32,000 nt of DNA from Balneolaceae bacterium (lineage in GTDB: Bacteria > Bacteroidota > Rhodothermia > Balneolales > Balneolaceae). How positions within the stretch are numbered: the first letter of the stretch is position 1; the number at the start of each line of letters is the position of its first letter. Under the pieces are notes generated by a model. That model had not been told where the DNA came from. It worked only from the letters and a program-made list of their open reading frames with translations, and ran no database searches. Below, one piece after another: positions 31,643-32,000 of this stretch. The position numbers and the translations under genes were made by a program. The stretch spans positions 3,044,682 to 3,076,681 of the forward strand of contig OZ252262.1 of assembly GCA_965249965.1 (NCBI GenBank). Direction: 5' to 3'.

Positions 31643-32000
31643 TAAACTTCCTCAAACGTACGTACTGAAGGTTTGATCATTTTTTTAACTTCCTCCCATT
31701 CCCAGCTCTCTGGATCTCGTTGAGCTAAATCACCTTTTAAAATTAAATAGTCAAAGAAACCTTGCTTTGCTAGGTTGTGATATATACCATTTTCCATACC
31801 CTTCATACCACATAGATAAATTAGCGTATTTTCTTTAGCTAAAATGGGTGAGAGAATATCCGAACGATCATCTATGGCAGTTTGAACGTAATATTTGGAA
31901 CCATCTTCTCTTCGATCTTCCCGTGAAATCATTTTGATATAGTGGAAATTTGAATGTTTTTCTGCCATTTCTTCGAAGTATTTGGGATAAATGACATCCG
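31639..32000 (-). CDS. Ferredoxin--NADP(+) reductase, plant-type, C-terminal part (partial; the 5' end lies beyond the window)
   Basis: The frame stays open to the window edge upstream of the listed Met. NFHYIKMISRED...YVQT...LIYLCGMKGMENGI...W.W..VKK...FEEVY* follows the FNR NADP-domain pattern (NFr.d.avSREq...yiQ...vY.CGlkGMe.gi...EVY terminus). The stop overlaps the DUF502 stop by 4 nt. Confidence 0.7.
   Translation of the reverse strand, partial: DVIYPKYFEEMAEKHSNFHYIKMISREDRREDGSKYYVQTAIDDRSDILSPILAKENTLIYLCGMKGMENGIYHNLAKQGFFDYLILKGDLAQRDPESWEWEEVKKMIKPSVRTFEEVY

Overview
AT-rich window, probably from an FCB-group bacterium (Bacteroidota/Balneolota-like). That placement is an inference from a T9SS-type C-terminal sorting domain and the general gene content. 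Positions 28-24794 form one uninterrupted plus-strand block of 19 ORFs with very short or overlapping junctions. The block has four parts. (1) A 2689-aa secreted adhesin-like protein with a DUF2341-like N-domain, three LamG-type modules, five cadherin-like repeats, Ig-like modules and a T9SS tail. (2) Two tandem paralogous three-gene cassettes of pilin/pseudopilin-like proteins with N-terminal hydrophobic helices, followed by one small secreted protein. (3) Four DUF4402-like fibre-subunit genes, a PapD-like chaperone and an usher-like outer-membrane protein. The usher start and signal peptide are out of frame with the rest of the gene across a T11 homopolymer. (4) A protein that reads as a natural FliF(ring-building motif)-FliG(N/M/C) fusion, a TPR lipoprotein, a MotA-like channel, and a MotB-like protein with an OmpA-like domain plus three SPOR repeats. 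Positions 24855-32000 are ordinary housekeeping genes: pdhA-pdhB-pdhC and alaS on the minus strand, a DUF502 membrane protein, and the 3' part of a plant-type ferredoxin-NADP reductase running off the window. By eye I saw no rRNA, tRNA, CRISPR array, transposase or integrase. The main hunt result is that a flagellar-type rotor/stator pair sits in, and looks translationally coupled to, a chaperone-usher-like fibre locus with pilin-like cassettes and a T9SS adhesin, with no other flagellar gene nearby. I know of no described system with this combination, and propose it as a candidate new proton-motive-force-driven envelope or surface-filament machine. All family assignments come from motif recognition by eye and need HMM and structure confirmation.
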